DNA of 64,000 bases from contig CAZGFX010000001.1 of NCBI GenBank assembly GCA_964524845.1, positions 75,823 through 139,822 of the forward strand. The letters run 5' to 3'. The notes below the pieces were generated by a model. It was not told the origin of the DNA. It was given only the letters and a program-made list of their open reading frames with translations, and ran no database searches. Numbering within the stretch: position 1 is the stretch's first letter; each line of letters begins with the position of its first letter. Positions 18,566 to 28,308 of this stretch are shown here, piece by piece. Made by a program: the position numbers and the translations under genes. Source of the DNA: an uncultured Gammaproteobacteria bacterium. Lineage in GTDB: Bacteria > Patescibacteriota > Patescibacteriia > CAZGFX01.

Positions 18566-18745
18566 TTACCTTTTGCTATGACAATGATATTGCCCATACT
18601 TAAACCCCCAGTGTTTACAATTTGTTTTGCATGTATGACAACCATATTTATTAGTTCTTCCTGGATGAGCCGAAGCAAATCCAACAAAACTGAAAAGTAT
18701 AAAAAGTACCATGAAGCCGGTTATAAATTTTATGTGTTTTGCCAT
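18566..18745 (-). CDS. Small secreted YHYH-type His/Cys protein (59 aa)
   Basis: MAKHIKFITGFMVLFILFSFVGFASA-HPGRTNKYGCHTCKTNCKHWGFKYGQYHCHSKR; below ORF-track cutoff. Confidence 0.8.
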   Translation of the reverse strand: MAKHIKFITGFMVLFILFSFVGFASAHPGRTNKYGCHTCKTNCKHWGFKYGQYHCHSKR

Positions 18746-18895
18746 GATATTAGGTTACAAAATTATTGTAATTAATATATTAAAATATATTTTTGATTTA
18801 TAATCAATCATAAAAAATCAAAAACATTTTACCATATTATCATCTTCTCATAATTATGATTATCTTAAAAATTTTACACATTTTTTTATTATTGA

Positions 18896-20152
18896 TTATT
18901 CAGAAGGCCAAAAAGAAGATAAAAAAGAAAAATTGCAGTTTTTATTATTATTAGCATACAAACAATCTCGTGTGTGTTTTTTTTCTTTTTTTATTTTAAT
19001 TATAGTATTTCTATAGCGTTTTGGAAAAACCTCGATTTCAATTTTAGGGTCATTTTCTTCTTTTTTTGGTGGCCAAACAAATCTGTAATTAAAAAAATTA
19101 CCACATAAATTATTTTGCGCATATGGACAAGAAAACGATCCGTGTGTATCCAATAACAACCTGGTTGTTATTTCATTAAAATTTAATTTAATAATTTTAA
19201 TAAATTTATTAGATTTTTGATCCCAATAAAGCAAATCAAAAATATGGCCATCTTTTTTCCAATCTCTGTTCAATATATCTGCTCTGATTTCGTTCTCTAA
19301 ATCATAATATTCTTTAAAAAAAATTTTATATGTAACACATTCTTTTCCAGACCAAATTCTATTTATACCATCTTCTCCTAAATTAGTAATAATTATTTTT
19401 TTAAGCGTTATATGATGAGCCATCGAATCAATCCAATTCAATAAATGAATTATCATATCTCCATCGGCTGTGCAAAAGACAATATTAACCTTATGTATTA
19501 AACAAAATAAAATTCCTTCACTCAAAACTTTTATATCATTTAAATAGTTTTTAATATTATTTTTTTTAAAAGCATCGCTCTTTTTTTGATAATATTTAAT
19601 ACCTATATCGTCAACAATTCTTTCAAAATCATTTTTGTTTTCTCCAAAAACATTTTTTGTATTGTTTTTTGATCTGTTAAATTTTTGTGATATTATTCTA
19701 TGGAGAAAATCCTCATCTTCTTTATTGGGATTAGAGTTATGATATTTAAAAGACAAATATCTTTCTTTAAAAAAAGCTGGGCTTGCAATATTTGCCGGAT
19801 TTAACATTGATTGTAGAAAATTAAAGTACGCGGGACATACATTGGGATTTAAAGATCTTATTTGCTCAAAAGATGTTGTCTGATAATTTGTTTTAAAAAA
19901 CTGAACATAATCATTTCTATAAGTATATTTGTTTATCTCGTTCTGAACTATATTAGAAATAATTATTCTCTTGTTTCTAAATCTAGATAATTTCTTCTTT
20001 ATAAACCTCTCCTCTTGGACATAATCTTTCTTCTTTAAAATAAACATATTTGTATCCAAATAATAGAAAGTCTGAATTCTTTTATTCATTAATTTCCAAA
20101 AAAACCTAGGAAATATATTAAAAATATTGTTATTTGGATTTATTTTTTTCAT
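18896..20152 (-). CDS. Hypothetical protein with PIN-like nuclease motifs
   Basis: YYLDTNMF, ..QNEI, DIKVLSEG, FCTADGD; very AT-rich; next to R-M gene. Confidence 0.6.
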   Translation of the reverse strand: MKKINPNNNIFNIFPRFFWKLMNKRIQTFYYLDTNMFILKKKDYVQEERFIKKKLSRFRNKRIIISNIVQNEINKYTYRNDYVQFFKTNYQTTSFEQIRSLNPNVCPAYFNFLQSMLNPANIASPAFFKERYLSFKYHNSNPNKEDEDFLHRIISQKFNRSKNNTKNVFGENKNDFERIVDDIGIKYYQKKSDAFKKNNIKNYLNDIKVLSEGILFCLIHKVNIVFCTADGDMIIHLLNWIDSMAHHITLKKIIITNLGEDGINRIWSGKECVTYKIFFKEYYDLENEIRADILNRDWKKDGHIFDLLYWDQKSNKFIKIIKLNFNEITTRLLLDTHGSFSCPYAQNNLCGNFFNYRFVWPPKKEENDPKIEIEVFPKRYRNTIIKIKKEKKHTRDCLYANNNKNCNFSFLSSFWPSE

Positions 20153-20174
20153 AATAAAATATATACATAATAAA

Positions 20175-20236
20175 TTATATTAAAAGTTCTTATATTAAAT
20201 ATTGTTATTTTTAAAATACAAGAACTTTTAATATAA
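20175..20236. repeat. 17-bp perfect inverted repeat upstream of PIN-like gene
   Basis: TTATATTAAAAGTTCTT (20175-20191) / AAGAACTTTTAATATAA (20220-20236). Confidence 0.85.
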
Positions 20237-20359
20237 CCCTATATAACTTAATATACTATCATATTATATCCTTAATAAAGCAAAATCAATAAATAATGCT
20301 TATATCAAATATTATCTTCGGTATCCGATGCACACGGCTTTAATTCGTGATATGTTTTT

Positions 20360-23227
20360 TCATCCCTCTATTATCTTAATTTCTTCTTCTGTGAGTCCAT
20401 ACAATTCATAAACTAGTTTATTTATTTGATTATCAATAATGTCTATTTTTTGCTTATATAATTTTTTATCATTTTCTGAAATAGCTTCGTGGTATTTTTT
20501 CTGTACTTCTAACATTTGATTCACTAACTCAATAATCTTGTCTTCTGTTTTTTTATTGTCAGTTTTAGGAAAAATAAAGTCCTTTATTTTATTTTTATTT
20601 ATATTTAAATACCCTCCCGCCATAGCAGAATATTTATTTATAGCCTTATAAACAAAAGAAAATAGTTTTGAATTCAATAAACCTAATAAAAATTTTAAAT
20701 TATTATTATCATCATTCATTATTATGGTGGTAGATTTTCCAGGAATAATTTCACCACAATCATAAGCGGCCTCAATGTCTTTTACCATTCCTGCTAATAT
20801 TATTTTATGACTAGTTATTGATTTTAATCTTTTTGGAAAATGTTCTTCTATATCAGATTTTAAAATTATTGGTGCAAGATATTGATCCTTTATGTATGTA
20901 GTTGAAAACTTATCCCAAAGAAAAAGGTATCTATCAATTGTTCCAGTATTAACAAATTTGAAAAAACTATCCTGAGAAATATTATTTTCTTTATTTAAAA
21001 TAAATTTTTTTATCTCATAGGCTTCAGATACAGATGCTGAATTTTCAACTATAAACATATCCGATATTTTAATAGATCTATCTTTTATTTTATTAATAAT
21101 ATCTTCTGCAGAATCAAAACTAGACGCCCAATTAACTTCTTCTACTTTTAATTTAAAATTCTTTTTATATTCCAGGTCTACAACACCATTGTCTTGCCCC
21201 ATTTTAATATATAGACTATTTTTATTTTCATTTCTTGTCTTTTTTACGACTATAACAATTGGATAAACATTTACTTTTTTATTATTAGCAAAAAAAACAT
21301 CTACAGACGAATAATCACAAAGACTTTTAATATAATACCGAGAAAAAAACTTTCTCAAATACACCCCATATGGTGCAGATAAAAATTTATTAGGAATAAT
21401 AAATGAAAAAAACCCACTATTATTTAATACGTTGATTCCTTTTTCTGAAAACACACAATACATGTCCCAATTGCCATGAGCAACTTCATAATTTTTAGAA
21501 CAATAATCTCTTGTTTCTTTATTACTTTTAACCATTTCTTCTGAATCTACATATGGAGGATTTCCTATTACAACATCAAATCCACCATTATCAAATATTT
21601 CTTTAAATTCTTTTTGCCAATCAAATGCATTTATTTTCCTTATTTCCTCATCATCTTGAATAAGTTTATTATTATAAAAATCTGGACCAATAAGAGAATT
21701 GCCACATTTTATATTTTTTGAATAATCTGGCAATAGCGTTTCTTGATTATATTTACTCAAAAGTCGTCCTGCGCTTTCTTCCGCCTCACCTTCAATTAAT
21801 TTCAAAGACAAGGATAATTTTGAAACTTCTGTCGCTTGTTCATCAATGTCAACACCATAAATATTATTTATTAAAATTTCTCTTTTTTCTTTTATTGTAA
21901 GTTTATATGTTTCTTCAGATACGAGATAAATTCTATTTTCTTTTATAGCACTTTTTATTGATGCATTGTTTTTTGTATAATAATTTAAATGATATTTTAA
22001 TAAATAATCATAAGCTCCAAGCAAAAAACTTCCGGAACCACACGCTGGATCAATTATTTTTATATCTTTTATTTTTTCAGGAGTTTTGTCTTTTATAATT
22101 TCGCCAACAGTATTTTCTACAATATAATTTACTATATATTGTGGAGTATAATACACGCCACCTGCTTTTTTTACTTCTGGTTTTTCTTCTATTTTTGCTT
22201 GATGAGAGCTTGTAAGTCGTATTATTTTACCCAAAAATTGTTCGTAAATACTTCCTAATATTTCAACTGGTAAAACTGAAAATTCATAAGGACAAATTGG
22301 ATAATATAATGATTTTATAATATCAATAAAAATTTTATCATCGACTATTAAATCTTCTATCCATTTTTCAATTTTGAATAATCCTGAATTATATTTTTTA
22401 TTTGCTTGTACAAAAATTTTATTTAAAATATTATAAATATTCTTTTGACTTAGAAGATTTTGTAGTGTTCCATAATCTTCCATCCCCCTTTCTTCAACTA
22501 TTCTCAAAAATATGATTCTGTCTATTATTTTTGATACAGCATGATTAAGATTAAAAACATCTAAGCTTTGATTTTTAATTGCTATATTTTTTGCGAGTTC
22601 GTTTCTCCAGTTTTCTATTAAAGATAGTATTTCTTTATCTACTTCAGAAGTACCTTTTTTATTTTTATTCTCTTGAATATACTTATCAAAACTTCCTTTT
22701 AGTATTGCTTCTTTTGAAAACGTATCATATATAAAATCAAAATTCTTTTCATATTCATCAAATTTACAATAAAAAATTCTTGCAACAGAAGAATTATCTT
22801 TTATATTTGGTTTTGTTCTTGTATCATAAACGGCAAATTCCTCAAAATCAGTTAAAATTGATAATGGTAATTTTGCAGTATAGGCGTATCTTCTTAATTG
22901 ATATGCTGGACTTATATCATCTTTTAAATTAACACTTGGTTTTTTTGCTTCAACAAAAAATTTTCTCATTCCACCAATACGAAAACTATAATCAGGAGCT
23001 TTTGTTTTACCTTCAATAGAAACCTTGTCTTCTCTTACTACATCCCTATAGTCCTCAGAATAACCGCTCAAGTTTCTTACATCCCAACCCAAAAACTCAA
23101 AAAAAGGATCAATAAAATCAACCCTTGTGTTTGACTCATCATATTGATTGCTCCTATATCTGATGTAATTATTATTAAATAATTCTATTTTTTCTTTTAA
23201 TTTTAGCAGTGTTTGTTTTTTATCCAT
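20360..23227 (-). CDS. Type IIG restriction-modification fusion enzyme (Eco57I/TaqI-C-like)
   Basis: PDY...VEAKK nuclease, GVYYTP, DPACGSGSF, GNPPY, C-terminal specificity region. Confidence 0.9.
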   Translation of the reverse strand: MDKKQTLLKLKEKIELFNNNYIRYRSNQYDESNTRVDFIDPFFEFLGWDVRNLSGYSEDYRDVVREDKVSIEGKTKAPDYSFRIGGMRKFFVEAKKPSVNLKDDISPAYQLRRYAYTAKLPLSILTDFEEFAVYDTRTKPNIKDNSSVARIFYCKFDEYEKNFDFIYDTFSKEAILKGSFDKYIQENKNKKGTSEVDKEILSLIENWRNELAKNIAIKNQSLDVFNLNHAVSKIIDRIIFLRIVEERGMEDYGTLQNLLSQKNIYNILNKIFVQANKKYNSGLFKIEKWIEDLIVDDKIFIDIIKSLYYPICPYEFSVLPVEILGSIYEQFLGKIIRLTSSHQAKIEEKPEVKKAGGVYYTPQYIVNYIVENTVGEIIKDKTPEKIKDIKIIDPACGSGSFLLGAYDYLLKYHLNYYTKNNASIKSAIKENRIYLVSEETYKLTIKEKREILINNIYGVDIDEQATEVSKLSLSLKLIEGEAEESAGRLLSKYNQETLLPDYSKNIKCGNSLIGPDFYNNKLIQDDEEIRKINAFDWQKEFKEIFDNGGFDVVIGNPPYVDSEEMVKSNKETRDYCSKNYEVAHGNWDMYCVFSEKGINVLNNSGFFSFIIPNKFLSAPYGVYLRKFFSRYYIKSLCDYSSVDVFFANNKKVNVYPIVIVVKKTRNENKNSLYIKMGQDNGVVDLEYKKNFKLKVEEVNWASSFDSAEDIINKIKDRSIKISDMFIVENSASVSEAYEIKKFILNKENNISQDSFFKFVNTGTIDRYLFLWDKFSTTYIKDQYLAPIILKSDIEEHFPKRLKSITSHKIILAGMVKDIEAAYDCGEIIPGKSTTIIMNDDNNNLKFLLGLLNSKLFSFVYKAINKYSAMAGGYLNINKNKIKDFIFPKTDNKKTEDKIIELVNQMLEVQKKYHEAISENDKKLYKQKIDIIDNQINKLVYELYGLTEEEIKIIEG

Positions 23228-23383
23228 GTCTATATAGTTTAATATCTATAATGTTATAATTATAACACTAATTTATTAAACAAAAAAACACCATTGCAGG
23301 TATTTTCTTGACACACTGAAACGAGATTTCTCAGTAACACTAACATCTCAGCTGATGACAGGTCGCGTCGTTCACGAGTGACG

Positions 23384-23457
23384 TGGCAGGGGCAGTAGGA
23401 ATCGAACCTACATCGAGGGTTTTGGAGACCCTAGTGCTACCATTGCACCATACCCCC
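23384..23457 (-). tRNA. tRNA-Trp(CCA)
   Basis: Cloverleaf, anticodon loop CTCCAAA, GGTTCGATTCC, encoded CCA. Confidence 0.95.
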
Positions 23458-23540
23458 ACGAGCACGACCAATGGAAAGTATATAACTTTTTCAGAAAAAT
23501 CAAAAACTTACCGCACTCGATAAGTTTTTAAACAAAAAGG

Positions 23541-23696
23541 TTATTTACTTTCTTTATGATTCGTATGTTTTTTGCAGAACTTGCAATGCTTCTTCATCTC
23601 CATACGATCCTTGAAAGTTTTTTTGTTTTTGCGAGTGTGCGCGTTGATTCTTTTGCACTCAGTGCACTCCAACTTAATTAATGAATCTTGTGACAT
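23541..23696 (-). CDS. rpmG: 50S ribosomal protein L33, zinc-binding form
   Basis: [51 protein letters not shown]; below ORF-track cutoff. Confidence 0.95.
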   Translation of the reverse strand: MSQDSLIKLECTECKRINAHTRKNKKTFKDRMEMKKHCKFCKKHTNHKESK

Positions 23697-23737
23697 AATT
23701 GTTTATATACGCGTACTTAGGCATATAAAAAAGTAAG

Positions 23738-23813
23738 TGGAGCCATTTGTCGGACTTGAACCGACGACCGACGGTTTACAAAACCGTTGCTCTACCAACT
23801 GAGCTAAAATGGC
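23738..23813 (-). tRNA. tRNA-Thr(TGT)
   Basis: Cloverleaf, ACGGT-TTTGTAA-ACCGT, CCA. Confidence 0.96.
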
Positions 23814-24096
23814 TTAAAAGTACAGGAAAAGTATATACAAAAATATATAATAAATCAATATGGAAACAGGCTGAAAAACCACTATTTTCACATGACTGAT
23901 TCTTTCTTTATTAAAAAATGGCTTATTTATATCTTTTATTTTCAAAATAATTATTAAAATAAATATAAATAAAAAATACATTGACATTTCTATATTTTTG
24001 CTGTTAAATAATGAGGTCAAAAGGCATTTTGTCAAATTGACAAAAAAGGAAAAACACTAAAAAAACAAACAAAAAACGAAAAAGGAGAAAGCTCTT

Positions 24097-24612
24097 ATGA
24101 CATCCGCGGGCACCGAACTAAGATCCATTAAAAAACAAGACTCACAAACACCAACACCAGCAAAGGAGCTGATCAAATTACAAGAATTTTTTGGCGAAAA
24201 TAACATTTTTTTTGAAGAGTGCGGGGAAAACGACATTCTTATAACAATCACGAACCACAAACCAGAAGAAACACTGTCCTTGATCGTGCCAGAATTACTG
24301 AAAAACAAGTTCTCAGTAATAGTTGTGGACGGCAACCAAAAAGAAAAAGAATGTGTTGTAAGTTGTTTTTCTTCGAAAAAAAGAAATGATTTTGTTGGAT
24401 ACGAAATTTACAATGCAATGGAAACAACAAGATTTTCTCAAGAGTTTCCAAAACAAGAAATTTGTAATTTATCAATTCCAACCGGAAAATCATTCCGTCT
24501 TTTCGCACATAAAGACCCTAATAAATTTTTTGTTTCCGGTACTCTTTGGAGATTGCACGGTAATACCGTCAAGGATCTCGTAACCGGAAAATTGAAAACA
24601 ATTCGTTATTAA
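24097..24612 (+). CDS. Hypothetical protein inside tRNA cluster
   Basis: 171-aa ORF, AAGGAG, TTGACA upstream, terminator ~24623-24655. Confidence 0.7.
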   Translation: MTSAGTELRSIKKQDSQTPTPAKELIKLQEFFGENNIFFEECGENDILITITNHKPEETLSLIVPELLKNKFSVIVVDGNQKEKECVVSCFSSKKRNDFVGYEIYNAMETTRFSQEFPKQEICNLSIPTGKSFRLFAHKDPNKFFVSGTLWRLHGNTVKDLVTGKLKTIRY

Positions 24613-24917
24613 AGATAATTCTAAAAGCCGTTCTGATAATACAGAATGGCTTTTTCATTAAAATAAAACACTTATCATTCAAACCTAGTTTATCAAAATA
24701 AAAAATTTAGTATAATTTTATAAATAAATGGTTCTTTCGCTTTATAAAAAAACGGCCCCACATGCCGTAAATTTGAAAAATATAATTATATATAATCAGA
24801 AATCAGCGCTTTATTTTAAAAAACAAAGGAGTAAAGAATATAAATACTGTGTCATATTCAAAATCTAAAAAGAGAAGAATGGCTCCGCCATGAGTGAGGA
24901 GCGAAGCGACGATCGAA

Positions 24918-25002
24918 TGGTGGGTGGAGAAGGATTCGAACCTTCGAAGGCAATGCCAACAGATTTACAGTCTGTCCCGTTTGACCGCTTCGGTATCCAC
25001 CC
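24918..25002 (-). tRNA. tRNA-Tyr(GTA)
   Basis: Cloverleaf with long variable arm, ACAGA-CTGTAAA-TCTGT, CCA. Confidence 0.96.
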
Positions 25003-25051
25003 GTGTTTTTCATTGTAAAAAAGAGCAATTTTTATCTCCGGGTCGCGTGCG

Positions 25052-25127
25052 TGGAGCCATCGACCGGAATCGAACCGGTGACCTTTTCCTTACCATGGAA
25101 ACGCTCTACCAACTGAGCTACGACGGC
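25052..25127 (-). tRNA. tRNA-Thr(GGT)
   Basis: Cloverleaf, TTTCC-ATGGTAA-GGAAA, CCA; TTTACA-N17-TACACT promoter upstream. Confidence 0.96.
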
Positions 25128-25207
25128 ACTTCGCACGCGACCCGGAAAAACACACGACGTAGTGTACAGTTATTTCCTTAACATGTAAAGCGTTTTTTCA
25201 CTTATTT

Positions 25208-26089
25208 TTAAGAGATTGCTTTAATTTTTTCTTTAAATTCAGCGAGCTTACCATTATCCGGGTTAACTTCTTTTAGTGTTTTATATGTTTCTTTTGCACA
25301 CTCTACATCACCAATATCAATAGCTAATGAAAGAAGTGTATCGAGATTTCTAGGATTTGAGGGTTCTAGTGTCACGGCCAATTGAAACTGCTCTTTTGCA
25401 CGAATCGTATCACCAAGTTGTAAAAAAGTCTTACCAAGATCCAAATGATATATCGCCTTCTGATTATCAAGAACAATTGACTGAGTGAAGTCTTTTTCTG
25501 CCTCAGAAAGATCTCCTCTTTCAAGAGCAATCATACCTAGATAATGATAAATTAGGTCATCCTTCTTATCGAGTTTCAGAATATGTTCGTACGTCTCTTT
25601 TGCTTGTTCATACTGTTTTTGTTCGAAATACAAATCTCCGAGAGACTTATATGCTTCAATATTATAATGATCGAGTTGTAAAATCTCGAGATATTTTTTT
25701 TCAGCATCAACAAACTTCCCTCCTTGTACACAATCCTTTGCGTCAAGAAGCAATAGCTTAATCTCAGTATCTTCTTTTTTCTTATCGACTGGTCTAAGTG
25801 ATTTAAGATGCTCTTGATATGATGACTCTAACTCTTTTGATTTGTTTTCTATGGAACGATATAGTGTGTTAAATATTTTTTTAATCGGCTGAAAAACGAA
25901 AACAATAAGACCAAAAAATAAGTTTATTTTTCTAAAAAAACGATCATCAAGCAATTGCGTCTTCGTTCGTTTGTCCTGATATTCTGCTATAGTTTCTGGT
26001 TGTATACACGTAATATCACGATAATGACGAATAATTATATATAAAATTATCGCTATACTTATACCACCAATACTCAATATATAGATCAT
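25208..26089 (-). CDS. Membrane-anchored TPR protein
   Basis: N-terminal TM; TPR repeats (AYKSLG.LY, YHYLG, YHLDLG). Confidence 0.85.
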   Translation of the reverse strand: MIYILSIGGISIAIILYIIIRHYRDITCIQPETIAEYQDKRTKTQLLDDRFFRKINLFFGLIVFVFQPIKKIFNTLYRSIENKSKELESSYQEHLKSLRPVDKKKEDTEIKLLLLDAKDCVQGGKFVDAEKKYLEILQLDHYNIEAYKSLGDLYFEQKQYEQAKETYEHILKLDKKDDLIYHYLGMIALERGDLSEAEKDFTQSIVLDNQKAIYHLDLGKTFLQLGDTIRAKEQFQLAVTLEPSNPRNLDTLLSLAIDIGDVECAKETYKTLKEVNPDNGKLAEFKEKIKAIS

Positions 26090-26096
26090 AATTGTA

Positions 26097-26831
26097 TTAT
26101 TGTATCATACTCATGATATTTTTTACTTCATCGAAGGATGTACCAGCCTTCCCTATAAGAAGTCCATCAATTTCATCATTACGAATATAATCGCTTGCTA
26201 TAGTTGATGTTATTGAGCCACCATACAACACATAAATATATTTGGTAAATCCCAACTCTTTCATTTTTTCTTTGATATAGACAATGGCTCTCGCAGCTTC
26301 TTCGGCTGGACAATTGCGTCCTGTTCCAATAGACCAGACTGGTTCATATGCAATAATTACTAAACAATTCGGGTCGATTCCAAACATTGCCATCGAAAGC
26401 TGATTGCCTAATACTTCTGTTGTTTTGTTTTCTTTTCTTTCGGCCTCTGTTTCACCAACACACAATATCGGAATCATACCAGCCTCTATGACTCTGCGCA
26501 TTTTTTTAACTATTTTTTCTTCAGTATCCCCTAGTTCTGCTCGTGTTTCACTATGTCCAACAAGAACATGAGTGCATCCTAGTTCTTTTAGATCACGCGC
26601 AGAAGACTGCCCTGTGTGAGCCCCTTCTTCGTGTATAGAAACATACTGTCCGCCAAGCAATATCGCCTCTGGTGGCACTATATATGCATAATGAGCAAGA
26701 GATGGAAATATAATTACCTCAAAGAGTTCCTTTTCTTTATGAGAAACCTCTTCATCAATTTTAGCAGAAAGCTCCTGAACAGCTTTTCCTGTAAGATACA
26801 TCTTCCAATTCAATGCAATAATTTTTTTCAT
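26097..26831 (-). CDS. tpiA: Triosephosphate isomerase
   Basis: NWKM, GHSE, AYEPVWSIGTG, LYGGS, DGLLIG. Confidence 0.95.
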   Translation of the reverse strand: MKKIIALNWKMYLTGKAVQELSAKIDEEVSHKEKELFEVIIFPSLAHYAYIVPPEAILLGGQYVSIHEEGAHTGQSSARDLKELGCTHVLVGHSETRAELGDTEEKIVKKMRRVIEAGMIPILCVGETEAERKENKTTEVLGNQLSMAMFGIDPNCLVIIAYEPVWSIGTGRNCPAEEAARAIVYIKEKMKELGFTKYIYVLYGGSITSTIASDYIRNDEIDGLLIGKAGTSFDEVKNIMSMIQ

Positions 26832-26840
26832 GAGTTTGTT

Positions 26841-27338
26841 TTATAATACTATAGCGATAAGCCATGATGCTCCGTATGTCAAAAACACCATAATTATAGC
26901 AGATACAAGTATACCGAGCATACCATATAAAAAAGCGGTCCTCTTTTCAATTCCAAATATCCAAGCAAGTATTGTTCCTGACCATATTCCTGTTCCGGGT
27001 ATAGGAATCGCAACAAAAACGAAAAGTGCCCATTTCCCATATCTTTCAACAAGGTGCTTGTTTTTTTCTCTTAAACGAAGAATATATCGTTCCCATATTT
27101 TGTATAAAAAATGTATTCGGGAAATATGCTTATTTATAATATCAAGAAATTCTAGAAGCAAAAAACAAATGATCGATGTTCCTATAAGCGACCAAAAGAT
27201 AGCTTCTATATATGGCATATTAAACGCTTTCATAGCAAAAGGCACCGATCCACGCACCTCTGTTATCGGAACCATTGATAAAAGAATTGTTAATATCTTT
27301 GAATATATGTTGGTTGTACCAAAAAATTGTTCAATCAT
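26841..27338 (-). CDS. Putative small multidrug export family membrane protein
   Basis: SMVPITEVRGSVP, FVAIPIPGTGIWSG. Confidence 0.8.
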   Translation of the reverse strand: MIEQFFGTTNIYSKILTILLSMVPITEVRGSVPFAMKAFNMPYIEAIFWSLIGTSIICFLLLEFLDIINKHISRIHFLYKIWERYILRLREKNKHLVERYGKWALFVFVAIPIPGTGIWSGTILAWIFGIEKRTAFLYGMLGILVSAIIMVFLTYGASWLIAIVL

Positions 27339-28281
27339 ATTTCCATGAATATGTTCTAGTTACCCATTCTCCGAGTCCCTTCACTTCCATAAATCTATTC
27401 TCTGTGTCTTTTGCTCCAAGAACAACAATAATGACCCCATCAATCGGATCTTCCGATACTGATAAAGAAGATACGAGACAATACCCCGCTTTTTCGGTGT
27501 GTCCTGTTTTTCCACCAACGACATCCAAAAAAGAAGACAGAAGAAGATTTGTATTATATATTCTTCTTGTCTTTTTATTGTTTTTCGGATCATTAAGAAT
27601 CGTTATAGTATGATCAGATGTAGTCGTCGCTTCTTGAATTTCAGGAATAGAAAATGCCTTCATCGCTAAAAGTGCGACATCTTTCGCGGTTGATATGCTT
27701 TCGTCACTAAGTCCTGCCGGATCGACAAATCTAGTGTTCAACATACCGAAAGATACCGCCTTTTCGTTCATTGTTTGTACAAATTTTTCTTTACTCATGC
27801 CAGATAAACGTATAAGTATGTTTATTGCATTATTATCAGAAGGAAGAAGCGCTAAATAAAAAACATCTTCCACCGTTAACTCTTCTCCTACATAAAAATT
27901 TTTAAATTTATTTTCATCATCCGCCTCATCCTCTTTTGTATATATTGTTTTCATATCAAAAGGAATTTTTGAATCAAGAAAAACAAGAGTTGCCATAAGC
28001 TTGGTGATACTTGCTATTGGTCTTTTTTCATCCGGGTTTTTTGACCACAAAAGAGTCCCTGTTCGCTTATCAACAACGAGCGCGCTTGGTGCCGTAGTCA
28101 AAATTCCGTACGAGTTCCAATCTATTCTACGAGGAAGGTGTTCATGAACAACTTGCGCATGTTCTATTGTTCCTGAAACATCAAAAAAATCGGCGTCAAT
28201 TGAGACGATTCGATCAAATGAATTATTTATATCCGACGGATACAAAATCAGAAATACGTTAATAATAATGGAAAAAAGCAT
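27331..28281 (-). CDS. D-alanyl-D-alanine carboxypeptidase (peptidase S11)
   Basis: ASITKLM, SDN, KTG motifs. Confidence 0.88.
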   Translation of the reverse strand: MLFSIIINVFLILYPSDINNSFDRIVSIDADFFDVSGTIEHAQVVHEHLPRRIDWNSYGILTTAPSALVVDKRTGTLLWSKNPDEKRPIASITKLMATLVFLDSKIPFDMKTIYTKEDEADDENKFKNFYVGEELTVEDVFYLALLPSDNNAINILIRLSGMSKEKFVQTMNEKAVSFGMLNTRFVDPAGLSDESISTAKDVALLAMKAFSIPEIQEATTTSDHTITILNDPKNNKKTRRIYNTNLLLSSFLDVVGGKTGHTEKAGYCLVSSLSVSEDPIDGVIIVVLGAKDTENRFMEVKGLGEWVTRTYSWKYD

Positions 28282-28308
28282 ATTACTCGTTTAAATTGGA
28301 GTGAAAAA

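Noticed and set aside
18578-18775. 65-aa plus-strand ORF
   Set aside because: Shadow of the minus-strand YHYH-type gene
18540-23384. Integrative element at tRNA-Trp
   Set aside because: No integrase and no convincing duplicated tRNA 3' end (only TGGCA at 18541)
24894-25181. 95-aa ORF
   Set aside because: Antisense to tRNA-Tyr and tRNA-Thr
26830-27348. 172-aa plus-strand ORF (likewise 34105-34629, 5612-6040 and other nested ORFs)
   Set aside because: Antisense shadows of well-supported genes
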